64,000 nt of DNA from a virus (taxonomy: Duplodnaviria > Caudoviricetes), in IMG/VR virus record IMGVR_UViG_3300029705_000009; one strand, 5' to 3'. Positions within the stretch are counted from its first letter, which is position 1. Every line of letters begins with the position of its first letter. The notes under the pieces were generated by a model. That model made no database searches and was not told the DNA's origin. It saw only the letters and a list, made by a program, of their open reading frames with translations. The translations under genes were made by a program, and so were the position numbers. Positions 1-8,600 of the stretch are shown here, piece by piece.

Positions 1-122
1 GCCTTGTCAATCTCAATTAACTCCTTACGGCAAGCTACTGCTTCTACAAGTGAATTGCATTCACATACGATTTCCTTTGTGTCTGCAACAATTACGTTAT
101 ACCTTATATCTCTCATACTCAT
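1..122 (-). CDS. Hypothetical early protein, runs off the left edge (MSMRDIRYNVIVADTKEIVCECNSLVEAVACRKELIEIDK...)
   Basis: Open frame from ATG at 122 with AAGGAG RBS. Not in the ORF track because it is truncated. Confidence 0.65.
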   Translation of the reverse strand, partial: MSMRDIRYNVIVADTKEIVCECNSLVEAVACRKELIEIDK

Positions 123-152
123 TTCCCTTTCTCCTTTCCCTTGCAGTTTCTC

Positions 153-422
153 TTACAGAAAAGCTGCACACATTAATCCGACTGCAACCATTGAAACAAC
201 CAATGAGATTCCAGAGATTACACACATAAGGTCATCTTTCATTTCCCTTATAGCACGACATCTCCGTGCATGTTTCTCTTCTTCATATTCGATTTCCATT
301 CTCTGGAGTTCGCTTTCCATTCTCTTGTTTTCCTTGTATGTGTCATTCACAAAAGGCACAACTTTTACTCCGTTTGCCTTTTTAACTTCCATTGCATTCA
401 TATATAATGCTCTTGCTTCCAT
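153..422 (-). CDS. Small protein with a C-terminal transmembrane helix (MEARALY...)
   Basis: ORF-track 153..503 re-started at ATG 422, which has a GGAAAGGA RBS. Hydrophobic C-terminus. Confidence 0.7.
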   Translation of the reverse strand: MEARALYMNAMEVKKANGVKVVPFVNDTYKENKRMESELQRMEIEYEEEKHARRCRAIREMKDDLMCVISGISLVVSMVAVGLMCAAFL

Positions 423-439
423 TTCAATTTCCTTTCCAT

Positions 440-483
440 TAAAAAGCACAACCCCAAGTTGACTTTCGCTTGGAGCTGTGCTA
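440..483 (-). terminator. Intrinsic terminator
   Basis: Long stem AGCACAGCTCCAAG/CTTGGGGTTGTGCT followed by a T-run on the minus strand. Confidence 0.65.
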
Positions 484-506
484 GACTTAAGACAGTGTCG
501 CAAGCA

Positions 507-650
507 CTATCTACCTAATAATTCGTTGACGGTTGCTCGGTAATCCTCATCACTGTTATCGCAAGTAACACTGACATTACCGAGCGTCAACACCATATGA
601 ACTTCTCCATTTTCAACCTTATAGGTCTTAATGATGTCGCATTCACTCAT
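507..650 (-). CDS. 47-aa hypothetical early protein (MSECDIIKTYKVENGEVHMVLTLGNVSVTCDNSDEDYRATVNELLGR)
   Basis: Strong GGAGGTG RBS. Below the ORF-track size cut-off. Confidence 0.7.
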   Translation of the reverse strand: MSECDIIKTYKVENGEVHMVLTLGNVSVTCDNSDEDYRATVNELLGR

Positions 651-701
651 GTTTTCACCTCCCATCAATTAGAATATCTATGTGAACTGGTCTAGTGGGA
701 T

Positions 702-1244
702 TTAGACCAGATTGAATGTTGCTTTCACATCAAAATCTGTGAAGTCTCTCCATACTCTTCCACCATCTTCAATAGGTTCTACTTCAACCAATCCGAAGCA
801 TCGTGCCGGATCTTTGTGCATGAAGTCACCTCTGAAATATCTGTAACTACCATCGTTACAGTCACCGTAGATGTTAAATGCATCATCACCAAGCTTGATG
901 TCTTTGGTGTTCTCAACACCTAACCGTGCAAGCCACTGCATTACCTCATTGATTGCTCTGAGAGTTCCACCTAATGTGAGAGAACCATTAAAACAGGTAA
1001 GACTAATCTGTGCTTCATGCTCAACTACTTCTTCCTCTACGTAGTCATCTATGAACTCCAACTCTTCACATTCCTCAACTTCGACTTCCTCAAGTTCAAT
1101 CTCTTCTTCATGCTTAGGTGCATTTTTTCTGCGACTCTTAGGCATCTCTACATCATACTTCGGTGCTTCTACTCCAACGGGAAGAACTCTAATCAATACG
1201 TTGTTGCACTCTGTGTTGTTTAACATGTTTACTCCTTGTACCAT
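702..1244 (-). CDS. Hypothetical early protein with an acidic Glu-rich linker
   Basis: ORF-track 702..1265. ATG at 1244 has a GGAGG RBS. Confidence 0.75.
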   Translation of the reverse strand: MVQGVNMLNNTECNNVLIRVLPVGVEAPKYDVEMPKSRRKNAPKHEEEIELEEVEVEECEELEFIDDYVEEEVVEHEAQISLTCFNGSLTLGGTLRAINEVMQWLARLGVENTKDIKLGDDAFNIYGDCNDGSYRYFRGDFMHKDPARCFGLVEVEPIEDGGRVWRDFTDFDVKATFNLV

Positions 1245-1296
1245 CGTAACCTCCGTGGTGGGCAACTTGGTTATTATTGTTGCTATCCAACATTGC

Positions 1297-1827
1297 TTAT
1301 CTGTCAGACTTCTTCACATACTTGAACTTCTTCTCAAACTCTTCTTTCGCCTTGAAGTATACAGAACCTTCAGAGTAATCAATTCGGACACCAGCATTGT
1401 AAGCTTTCTGAGCATCGAGATACTCACCATTGGTAGCTTTGTATACACAGTAAGCTTTTCTCATACCCATGTAAGACTTCTGGTTGAAACCATCACTCTT
1501 CATTCCCCAACGATAGAAACCGTCATACTTCTTAGGTTCGAAATCTGCAAGCTTCATGTCCTTCAGAGACTTTGTCTCTTTCAGAGGTTTTGTCTCTTTC
1601 TTAGCCTCAACAGGTGCATTCTTCTTCGCAGATGTCTTCTTGGATACACTCTTAGTGGCAGCCTTTGTACCATTCTTAGGGGCAGACTTCTTAGAAGTCT
1701 CAACCTCAGTACCCTTTAATGCATCAATGTCCATACGAATGGACTTCTGCTCAGTTACGATGCTCTCAAGCATCTTGCTCATTGTTGCCATCTGTGCCAT
1801 AATTTCGTGATTGCTGATTCTTGCCAT
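1297..1827 (-). CDS. Lys/Thr/Ser-rich basic early protein, paralogue of 2575..2991
   Basis: Shared N-terminus M(A/S)RISN and C-terminus KKSDR, internal FEPKK.DG motif, GGAGG RBS. Confidence 0.8.
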   Translation of the reverse strand: MARISNHEIMAQMATMSKMLESIVTEQKSIRMDIDALKGTEVETSKKSAPKNGTKAATKSVSKKTSAKKNAPVEAKKETKPLKETKSLKDMKLADFEPKKYDGFYRWGMKSDGFNQKSYMGMRKAYCVYKATNGEYLDAQKAYNAGVRIDYSEGSVYFKAKEEFEKKFKYVKKSDR

Positions 1828-2003
1828 AATTCCTCCATAGTCCTAGCCGTCGTTGCTTTATACCCATTTTGGGAACTAGGAACTAATCGCAGTTCTTGTT
1901 TAAGGTCTAACACTTCACGAAGTGTCTTTTTTCGTTGACTGCGTGACCATATTTCATGGAATATGGACGGCTCGTATTGACACCGTCCACACTTTGGGTT
2001 AAA

Positions 2004-2159
2004 CTAGAGTTGAGCTAGATAGCGATCCAACTCTTCCTCTAGTTGCTGAATGGTCTCATTGTATTCGTCGGCCTCACACCAAGATACACTAAGACCGTTG
2101 GTTATACACCAAGCGTTCTTAGATTGATACCATTCGGCTACTATGCGGAGATACTGCAT
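2004..2159 (-). CDS. 51-aa hypothetical early protein (MQYLRIVAEWYQSKNAWCITNGLSVSWCEADEYNETIQQLEEELDRYLAQL)
   Basis: AGGAGG RBS and open frame. Confidence 0.7.
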   Translation of the reverse strand: MQYLRIVAEWYQSKNAWCITNGLSVSWCEADEYNETIQQLEEELDRYLAQL

Positions 2160-2194
2160 AGCATATCCTCCTTCCATGAAGATCTGACTGCATA

Positions 2195-2242
2195 GATGTT
2201 TCGCTACTGCTCATCAGCTACGGACTTTCACCGTAGGACACC
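2195..2242 (-). ncRNA. Type III hammerhead ribozyme
   Basis: Minus strand reads GGUGUC^CUACGG-UGAAAGU-CCGUAG-CUGAUGA-GC-AGUA-GC-GAAA-CAUC. Full core (CUGAUGA, GAAA, GUC triplet), 6-bp stem I, 2-bp stem II, 5-bp stem III. Confidence 0.85.
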
Positions 2243-2276
2243 AAGGTAGTTTATAGTCGTGCCTAGGACTTAAATG

Positions 2277-2486
2277 CTAACGTCTTCCCCTAATGAGATC
2301 TCTGCATTTGTATATATCCTTCTTATAGCCTTCTTGAGCCTTATTCAAAGCATGGGCATATCTAGTCTCTCCATCTGCCAAAGCCTTGGCAATCTCTCCC
2401 TCAAGTTCTTTGTAACGTTTAGCACATGCTCTTGCATGGGCAATAATCTGCTCGTAACTCCAATCCTTAACCTCAATAGCGTACAT
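2277..2486 (-). CDS. Small helical hypothetical early protein (MYAIEVKDWSYEQ...)
   Basis: ORF-track 2277..2504. ATG at 2486 has an AGGAGG RBS. Confidence 0.75.
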   Translation of the reverse strand: MYAIEVKDWSYEQIIAHARACAKRYKELEGEIAKALADGETRYAHALNKAQEGYKKDIYKCRDLIRGRR

Positions 2487-2504
2487 AGTTGTTCCTCCTT
2501 GCAT

Positions 2505-2580
2505 AAAATGAGGGCATCCGAAGATGCCCTATCAATAGTTCCATATTCAGTTTTCAGATGCCGTTAATCGAAGATTAACG
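2505..2580 (-). promoter_or_regulatory. Hairpin plus boxA-like element, followed by a terminator-like hairpin
   Basis: Minus strand: hairpin CGTTAATC-TTC-GATTAACG, then GCATCTGAAAACTGAAT, then AGGGCATC-TTCG-GATGCCCT-CATTTT. Confidence 0.5.
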
Positions 2581-2991
2581 ATCAGACTTCTTGGTGTAAG
2601 GGAATCGTGCATCGAAAGGCTTCGCAATCTTGCAGAACTCATCGTAAGCAACCCAAGCATCCTTTTTGCCAGTTACACTGGCAACGTACTTCGCTCTACA
2701 AGTCTTCCAAGACTTGTAGTTGTAGTTACCGTCGGCATCTTTCTTTGGCTCAAACTGAGCCAAAGTGTCAACCTTGGTGGAAGACTTCTTCGAAGTCTTA
2801 GGGGTTGTGGTAGGTGCAGACTGCTTCTTAGAAGACGTAGTCTTCTTAGAAGAGGTTTTCTCCACCGATACGGCTTTCTGCAAAGCAGAAATGTCTGCTC
2901 TCTGGTTCTTCTGCTCCTCAATGATGCTCTGCATCATTGTACCCATAGCGGTTAACTGTTCCATAATCTGTGCGTTACTAATTCTTGACAT
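2575..2991 (-). CDS. Lys/Thr/Ser-rich basic early protein, first gene of the leftward operon
   Basis: AGGAGG RBS. Paralogue of 1297..1827. Confidence 0.8.
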   Translation of the reverse strand: MSRISNAQIMEQLTAMGTMMQSIIEEQKNQRADISALQKAVSVEKTSSKKTTSSKKQSAPTTTPKTSKKSSTKVDTLAQFEPKKDADGNYNYKSWKTCRAKYVASVTGKKDAWVAYDEFCKIAKPFDARFPYTKKSDR

Positions 2992-3053
2992 ATAATTGTC
3001 CTCCTATAAAATAAATTTGAATTACGAAAGCACTATTGCTTTTCGTTGAGATG

Positions 3054-3081
3054 AACATAACATCGATCCAGAAAAATGCAA
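3054..3081 (-). promoter_or_regulatory. Sigma-A-type promoter for the leftward operon
   Basis: TTGCAT-N16-TATGTT with extended TG on the minus strand, ~60 nt upstream of ORF 2575..2991. Confidence 0.5.
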
Positions 3082-3289
3082 ATTTCGAAAAATAAGCATT
3101 TTACGAAAGTTGAACCCACCCTGGGGTGGTAAAAACCTAGGAAACAAGCCATTTTCATGGGTTTTGCTATAGCTAGTTCATCTACACACCACCAATTTTT
3201 TCACCATCGCATCCCAAATCGTCACTTCCTCAATAAAGCTATCAGAAAACTTTACTCAAATCATTACAAATTCACATAACTCATCCAAC

Positions 3290-3366
3290 TTATCCACAGT
3301 CTATCCACACTTAAAAACTCCACTAAATTCAACCAGATTTACCGATTACCCATAAAACTATCCACA
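3290..3366 (+). promoter_or_regulatory. Cluster of three DnaA-box-like sites
   Basis: TTATCCACA (3290-3298, perfect), CTATCCACA (3301-3309) and CTATCCACA (3358-3366). Confidence 0.6.
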
Positions 3367-3522
3367 ACTGATTATTTTATGTTGAATATTTACAATTTTT
3401 ATGTTATAAACATCTTAAGTTAAAAGCATCTAAAGTCAGACATATTTTAGGTTATATCCATTTAAACAACACATTTTCCTGTTAACATCTATTAACTTAC
3501 ATGCCAAATAAACCAGAATAAC

Positions 3523-3660
3523 ATGAAACATAAAGCCATCCAAATTTTAATCGTATTAATCCTGATCATCACAGCCTATATGTTAGGAAGACTTTCTATG
3601 CAAGAAGACCTTGCTGCACTTACAGAACGTATCTATCAGTTAGAGACAGAGATAATGTAG
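3523..3660 (+). CDS. 45-aa peptide with one transmembrane or signal-like segment (MKHKAIQILIVLILIITAYMLGRLSMQEDLAALTERIYQLETEIM)
   Basis: Open frame with a hydrophobic N-half, but no clear RBS. Confidence 0.45.
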   Translation: MKHKAIQILIVLILIITAYMLGRLSMQEDLAALTERIYQLETEIM

Positions 3661-3891
3661 ATAATGCATGAAATGCAGATTGTGCATGAAATGCATTTAA
3701 AAAAATAAATCCATTAAATGCAAAATCTATCCGAAATAAATAATATTCAACTTCACTTCTTCTATTCTTATGTAACATTAAGTTATTCCAGTAGAGTTTA
3801 CGAAACAGAAATAAATAACCGGTTTTCCTTTAAAAAGAAAATGAAGTATAAAATGAATAATTTGCCATTAGATAAATAAAATTATATATAG

Positions 3892-3920
3892 TTGACAAAA
3901 TAAGGAATATATGATAGAAT
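3892..3920 (+). promoter_or_regulatory. Near-consensus sigma-A promoter
   Basis: TTGACA-N17-TAGAAT with extended TG and an AT-rich upstream element. Confidence 0.8.
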
Positions 3921-4007
3921 ACATAATGAAATGTATAGGTTTATAAGCCTATGCCATTATTTTGGGTATTAGGTAAATAAAATTACATATGCTTTTTTAC
4001 AAAATAA

Positions 4008-4225
4008 TTTTATTGCCTTTTATATACCTTTTCTTTAAAAGGGGTACATCAAAAATTCCCAGTAAATAAAGCAAAAAATTTTCATTTTATTGCTTTTGGG
4101 TGTCAAAATTTTTAGACTCAAAAAAGAGTCCAAATTCAAAAAATCCAGTAAAAATAAGGAATTCAAAAAATATTTAATTGCTTTTTTACTTAAATGTGGC
4201 AATAAGCCAGTAAATACAAGGAGAA
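4008..4225 (+). repeat. Iteron-like degenerate repeats upstream of the helicase-like gene
   Basis: Three alternating units of TTT(T/A)ATTGC(C/T)TTT (~4008, ~4085, ~4173) and CCAGTAAA (~4059, ~4145, ~4207). Confidence 0.55.
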
Positions 4226-4229
4226 AATA

Positions 4230-5480
4230 GTGATGGAGATTAATATTGTAGATGCCATAATGGGATCTGGAAAAACGGCAGCAGCAATCAACTATATAAA
4301 TTCATCCGATGATAATAAAAGGTTTATTTATATAACACCATATATAGATGAAGTAAATAGAATAATAAAGCATTGTTCCTCTAAAAAATTCAAGCAACCG
4401 GAAAAATATAATGAAAAAGCTCCAAAGATTATTAGTTTAAAGGATTTATTAAATAAAGGAACAAATATAGCAACCACTCATTCTCTCTTCCATTTATTTG
4501 ATGATGAGATAATTGATTTATGTTATTCGCAAGGATATACATTAATCATGGATGAAGTAACCGAAGTAATTGAGCAGTACTTCATTGAGAAGACTGATTT
4601 AGATTTATTATTGGAGAATTTAGTAACCATAAATGATAATAATCTATTAAAATGGCGTGAAGACCAGCAAGATTATACTGGAGATAAATTCATTCAGGAG
4701 AAACGACTATGTGATATGGACTGTTTAGCTTTATATGGAAATTCAGTTATGCTATGGATGTTTCCTGTAAAGATATTTAGGGCATTTAGGGAAAGTTACA
4801 TACTTACATATATGTTCCAGGCACAGATGCAAAAATACTATTATGATTTTTATGGGTTAAAATATAAATATTTATATGTAACCGGTAATTCATTGGACAC
4901 ATATCAGTTTACAGAAAGCATACAGACATATGTGCATAAATATGATTATAGAAAGCTAATTACAATTTATGATGATGAGAAATTAAATATGATTGGAGAC
5001 TTAGATTATTCATTATCTAAAGGCTGGTATGAAAGAAATAGGAATAATGTTTTAATGAAGCAATTAAGAAACAATGCCTTAAATTTCTTTAATAATAAAT
5101 TAACTGTATTTAATGGCGAATCCTGGGAGAAATCCAAAAGTGAGAATAACTTATGGACAACCTTTAAAGATTATAAAGTTATAGTATCCGGAAAAGGATA
5201 TGCAAAGGGATTTTTACCTTCCAACATGCGGTCCACAAATGAATACAGAAATAGATCTACTATTGCTTATTTAGTAAATAAATATTTCAATCCATTAATA
5301 AAGAATTTTTTTGAGAAGAATGGAATCAATGTATATGAAGATGATTATGCTTTATCAGAAATGCTGCAGTGGATTTGGAGATCAGCCATAAGAGATGGAA
5401 AACATATAACCGTTTATATACCAAGTAAGCGTATGAGAAATCTTTTAACTAAATGGATATATGAACAAAAATACCGTTAG
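4230..5480 (+). CDS. SF2 (DEAD/DEAH-like) helicase-fold protein, candidate replication initiator or origin-binding protein
   Basis: Walker A DAIMGSGKT, motif Ia FIYITP, Walker B LIMDEV, C-terminal QWIWRSAIR (motif VI-like). Next to repeats and DnaA boxes. Confidence 0.7.
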   Translation: MMEINIVDAIMGSGKTAAAINYINSSDDNKRFIYITPYIDEVNRIIKHCSSKKFKQPEKYNEKAPKIISLKDLLNKGTNIATTHSLFHLFDDEIIDLCYSQGYTLIMDEVTEVIEQYFIEKTDLDLLLENLVTINDNNLLKWREDQQDYTGDKFIQEKRLCDMDCLALYGNSVMLWMFPVKIFRAFRESYILTYMFQAQMQKYYYDFYGLKYKYLYVTGNSLDTYQFTESIQTYVHKYDYRKLITIYDDEKLNMIGDLDYSLSKGWYERNRNNVLMKQLRNNALNFFNNKLTVFNGESWEKSKSENNLWTTFKDYKVIVSGKGYAKGFLPSNMRSTNEYRNRSTIAYLVNKYFNPLIKNFFEKNGINVYEDDYALSEMLQWIWRSAIRDGKHITVYIPSKRMRNLLTKWIYEQKYR

Positions 5481-5522
5481 GTAAATAAAATTAAATTATT
5501 GTAAAATATTCGCAACACCATA

Positions 5523-5551
5523 TTGACTATTTTTACTGGCTATGATAAATT
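5523..5551 (+). promoter_or_regulatory. Sigma-A-type promoter for the accessory-gene operon
   Basis: TTGACT-N17-TAAATT with TG. The spacer contains the inverted CCAGTAAA repeat (TTTACTGG). Confidence 0.5.
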
Positions 5552-5604
5552 CATAACATAGATTTAGGTAAATATAATTACACAAGCACGTAAAAGGAGA
5601 AAAA

Positions 5605-8600
5605 ATGAGAAAATATCCAGTATACTATGGAACAAACGCATATGAAGTTCGTTGGACAACTGTTGAAACAATGTATTCGTTTGAAGATTGTTTAGAAGTA
5701 TATCAAGTGAAAGAAAACAAGCTTTTCGGTATTAAGTTTAAATTGTATAAGTATTTATGTACTTATGTGGAAGACGATGTAGAGGATAGTCTTCTAAAAT
5801 CCGGGGTAGATAAAAGCTATGATGATTGGTATATTCGCCAGGCAAGTTTAGTGGTAAAAAAAGCATCGGGAATTTTACATAGTATAAATTTAAAAGATAT
5901 TCAAAAGGAAAAATTGAAATCCTGGGATGGAATAATCCCAGAGTGATGGAATAATATTATAGCGAAAGGTAAATAAAATTAAATATGAGCAAATCGGTAT
6001 TAATATTAAACACACCAACCAGCTGCAATAATTGTCCTTGTTGTAAACATTATGATCACGGTGTTTTTTGCGGAGTAACTGGAGGACTTATTATCTATGA
6101 CATGTATGACTTTAAGAAAAAATATGTGTTTCCAGACTGTCCATTATCTCCTCTTCCGGAACCAAAGGATCTCACTCAGTACACTACCGGTTCTACAAAC
6201 TTGGATAATATAATTCAATACGCACACGATCAAGGTTATAACGATTGTCTTTATGAATTGAATGGAGGAGACTTATAATCACAGCACAAGAAGCAAAACA
6301 AGAAGTTTTATAGGTGGTGATTAATATGACAGCTCAAACAAGAGATGTCAATTTGTGGGGAACTAAAAGTAGTAAAAGAATAAAAAGATTTTTTTAAAGG
6401 AGGTTTATAGGACAAAATGTTAAACGTAAAACCAAAATATTTATTAATCACAGCATATTTGCTCAATATTTTTGATGCAATTGTCAGCGTATTTCTATTT
6501 AAAACAATTGGCGTTGAAATAGAACTCAATCCATGGGGAATTTATTTATATAACAATGGAATTTTATGTTTATATAAAATGAGTGTGACGGCAATTGCTA
6601 TGTTGATAATTAATAAATTTGTTAAAAAATACCCAAAATTAATTTGGGCTTGCTGGGTTGTGTTTGTTGTATATGCAGTGTTAACAGTTTGGCATGTTTG
6701 GGGTGTAACAGCATTATGGTCTGCTGGTGCATTTAGAAATTAAGTATAAGAACAAAATGAAGGGATAAACAATGAGTAAATCAATATTAGTACTAGACAC
6801 ACCGGAATCCTGCAGAAAATGCAAATTAAGGTATGATTCTTATGGACAATGTGAAGTTTGTATTTTAGCAGATGATGTAGTTGATGAATTTTATGAAACA
6901 AATACAAAACCAGACTGGTGTCCTCTCTCACCGCTACCAAGTTTATCTCACTCACAGTTATTGAAGCCAGATAAAGAAGCCATAGAAAAAAGAGATACTT
7001 TAGAGGAAGGTAAAACAGATTTTACTGATGCTTTTAATCAAATTTTCGGAGGAATATTTAAATAGGTATGAACAGAGAAATACTTTTTAAAGGAAAAAGA
7101 CTTGATAACGGTCAGTGGGTAGAAGGAAATTATGGGTTTTTCAAATCTGTAAACGGAAACGAAAAAATGCATCATATCACAACAGAAGACGGTAAGGCTA
7201 TTAGAATCGACTCTTCTACCCTCTGCCAGTTCACCGGCATGACAGATAAGAATGGAACAAAGATCTGGGAGCATGACATCATTACTTTAAACGAAGATGT
7301 CAAGAAGACTTTTGATGTAGATGATGGAGAAGTCAGATATGGGTGGGGCGGATTTTATATTAAAGAATTCTCAACACTTAATAGTTTAAATACTCTTGCA
7401 TCTTATGATTGTATACTTCGTGGCGAAGTAATCGGAAACGTATTTGATAATCCGGAGTTATTAACTTAGGAGGGTAAAAGCATGAGCAATATTCAAACCG
7501 GCCAAGTAAACAATTTTGGTCAAGTAAACAATATTAATAACTCTGTTGTTTCATCAAATACCAGCATTGTTGTTGTAGGGAACGAAGTTACAATAGACGG
7601 CGTAAAAATACCACCCTGTCCTGGCAAAGGACATAGCTCAACCATTATTAATAATAAGGTGTATTTAAATGGCTATGAACTGATCAATGGAAAATGGAAA
7701 AAGACATTAAGAGCCTTATGGCACAAATGGTTCTAACTATAAAATTAGCATTTAGGAGATAAATATGATTCACTATTCCTGTGACTTATGCGGAAAAGAA
7801 TGTAACGACAAAACATTCACATTACCAATAGCAGCTACTTTTATTGATGGAGAGCCTTGTGATCTAATGCCAATTAATATGAATTTATGTAAAAAATGTA
7901 GAAGCGAAATTTATAAGGTAATAGAAAAGAAACTTTCAAAAGAAAAACTTAAGAAACTAAATACTTTAGCTCTTGATATAAAGATGAAAAAAATATTTTA
8001 AGGAGGAGACACAATGAACAAACACGCTTATTGGGCATGGGCAATAACAAACACTTTATGTATAACATCTTGGATTGCCCTAGCTATGGCATTTGACAAA
8101 TGGTGGATTGCTCTTTTCGCATTACTATTTGTTAGTGATTTAAGAACACCTACCCAGTGCTACTTCAGAGTATGTGACACCTGCGGAGAACATAGTCCAT
8201 GTGCAGAAACACCTGAAGAAGCATTAAAGAAAGCAAAAGAAGCTGGATGGACTCATTACGACGGAGCTAATACAGATTATTGTCCGAAATGCAAAAATAA
8301 ATGCGAAAAGGAAACATTATGAGTATAAAGAAACGTTATGAAACAGTAACTCACGAAGTTACGGAAGCAGTATTAGTTGAAGAAACAATGTATTGTGATG
8401 TTTGCAATAAAGTAATTCAAGACAAAGATGTTTATTGGGAAGTTACTACCGGTCATAACGATTGGGGTAATGATAGCATTGATAGTATGGAATGTTTTGA
8501 TGTATGTTCAGAAACTTGCTTAACGAATAAGTTCAGTGAATACATAAAAGAAAGTAGAAAAAATAAATGGAATACAATGTACTTTGATGTACGAAGAGCA

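Noticed and set aside
1-3000. + strand ORFs such as 4..462, 1051..1719, 1556..1810 and 2765..2995
   Set aside because: These are antisense shadows of well-supported minus-strand genes. They lack RBSs and have the Ser/Phe/Leu-rich composition typical of reverse frames.
3523-3660. Arbitrium AimP-like signalling pre-peptide
   Set aside because: Size and hydrophobic N-terminus fit, but there is no adjacent AimR/RRNPP TPR regulator and no clear RBS.
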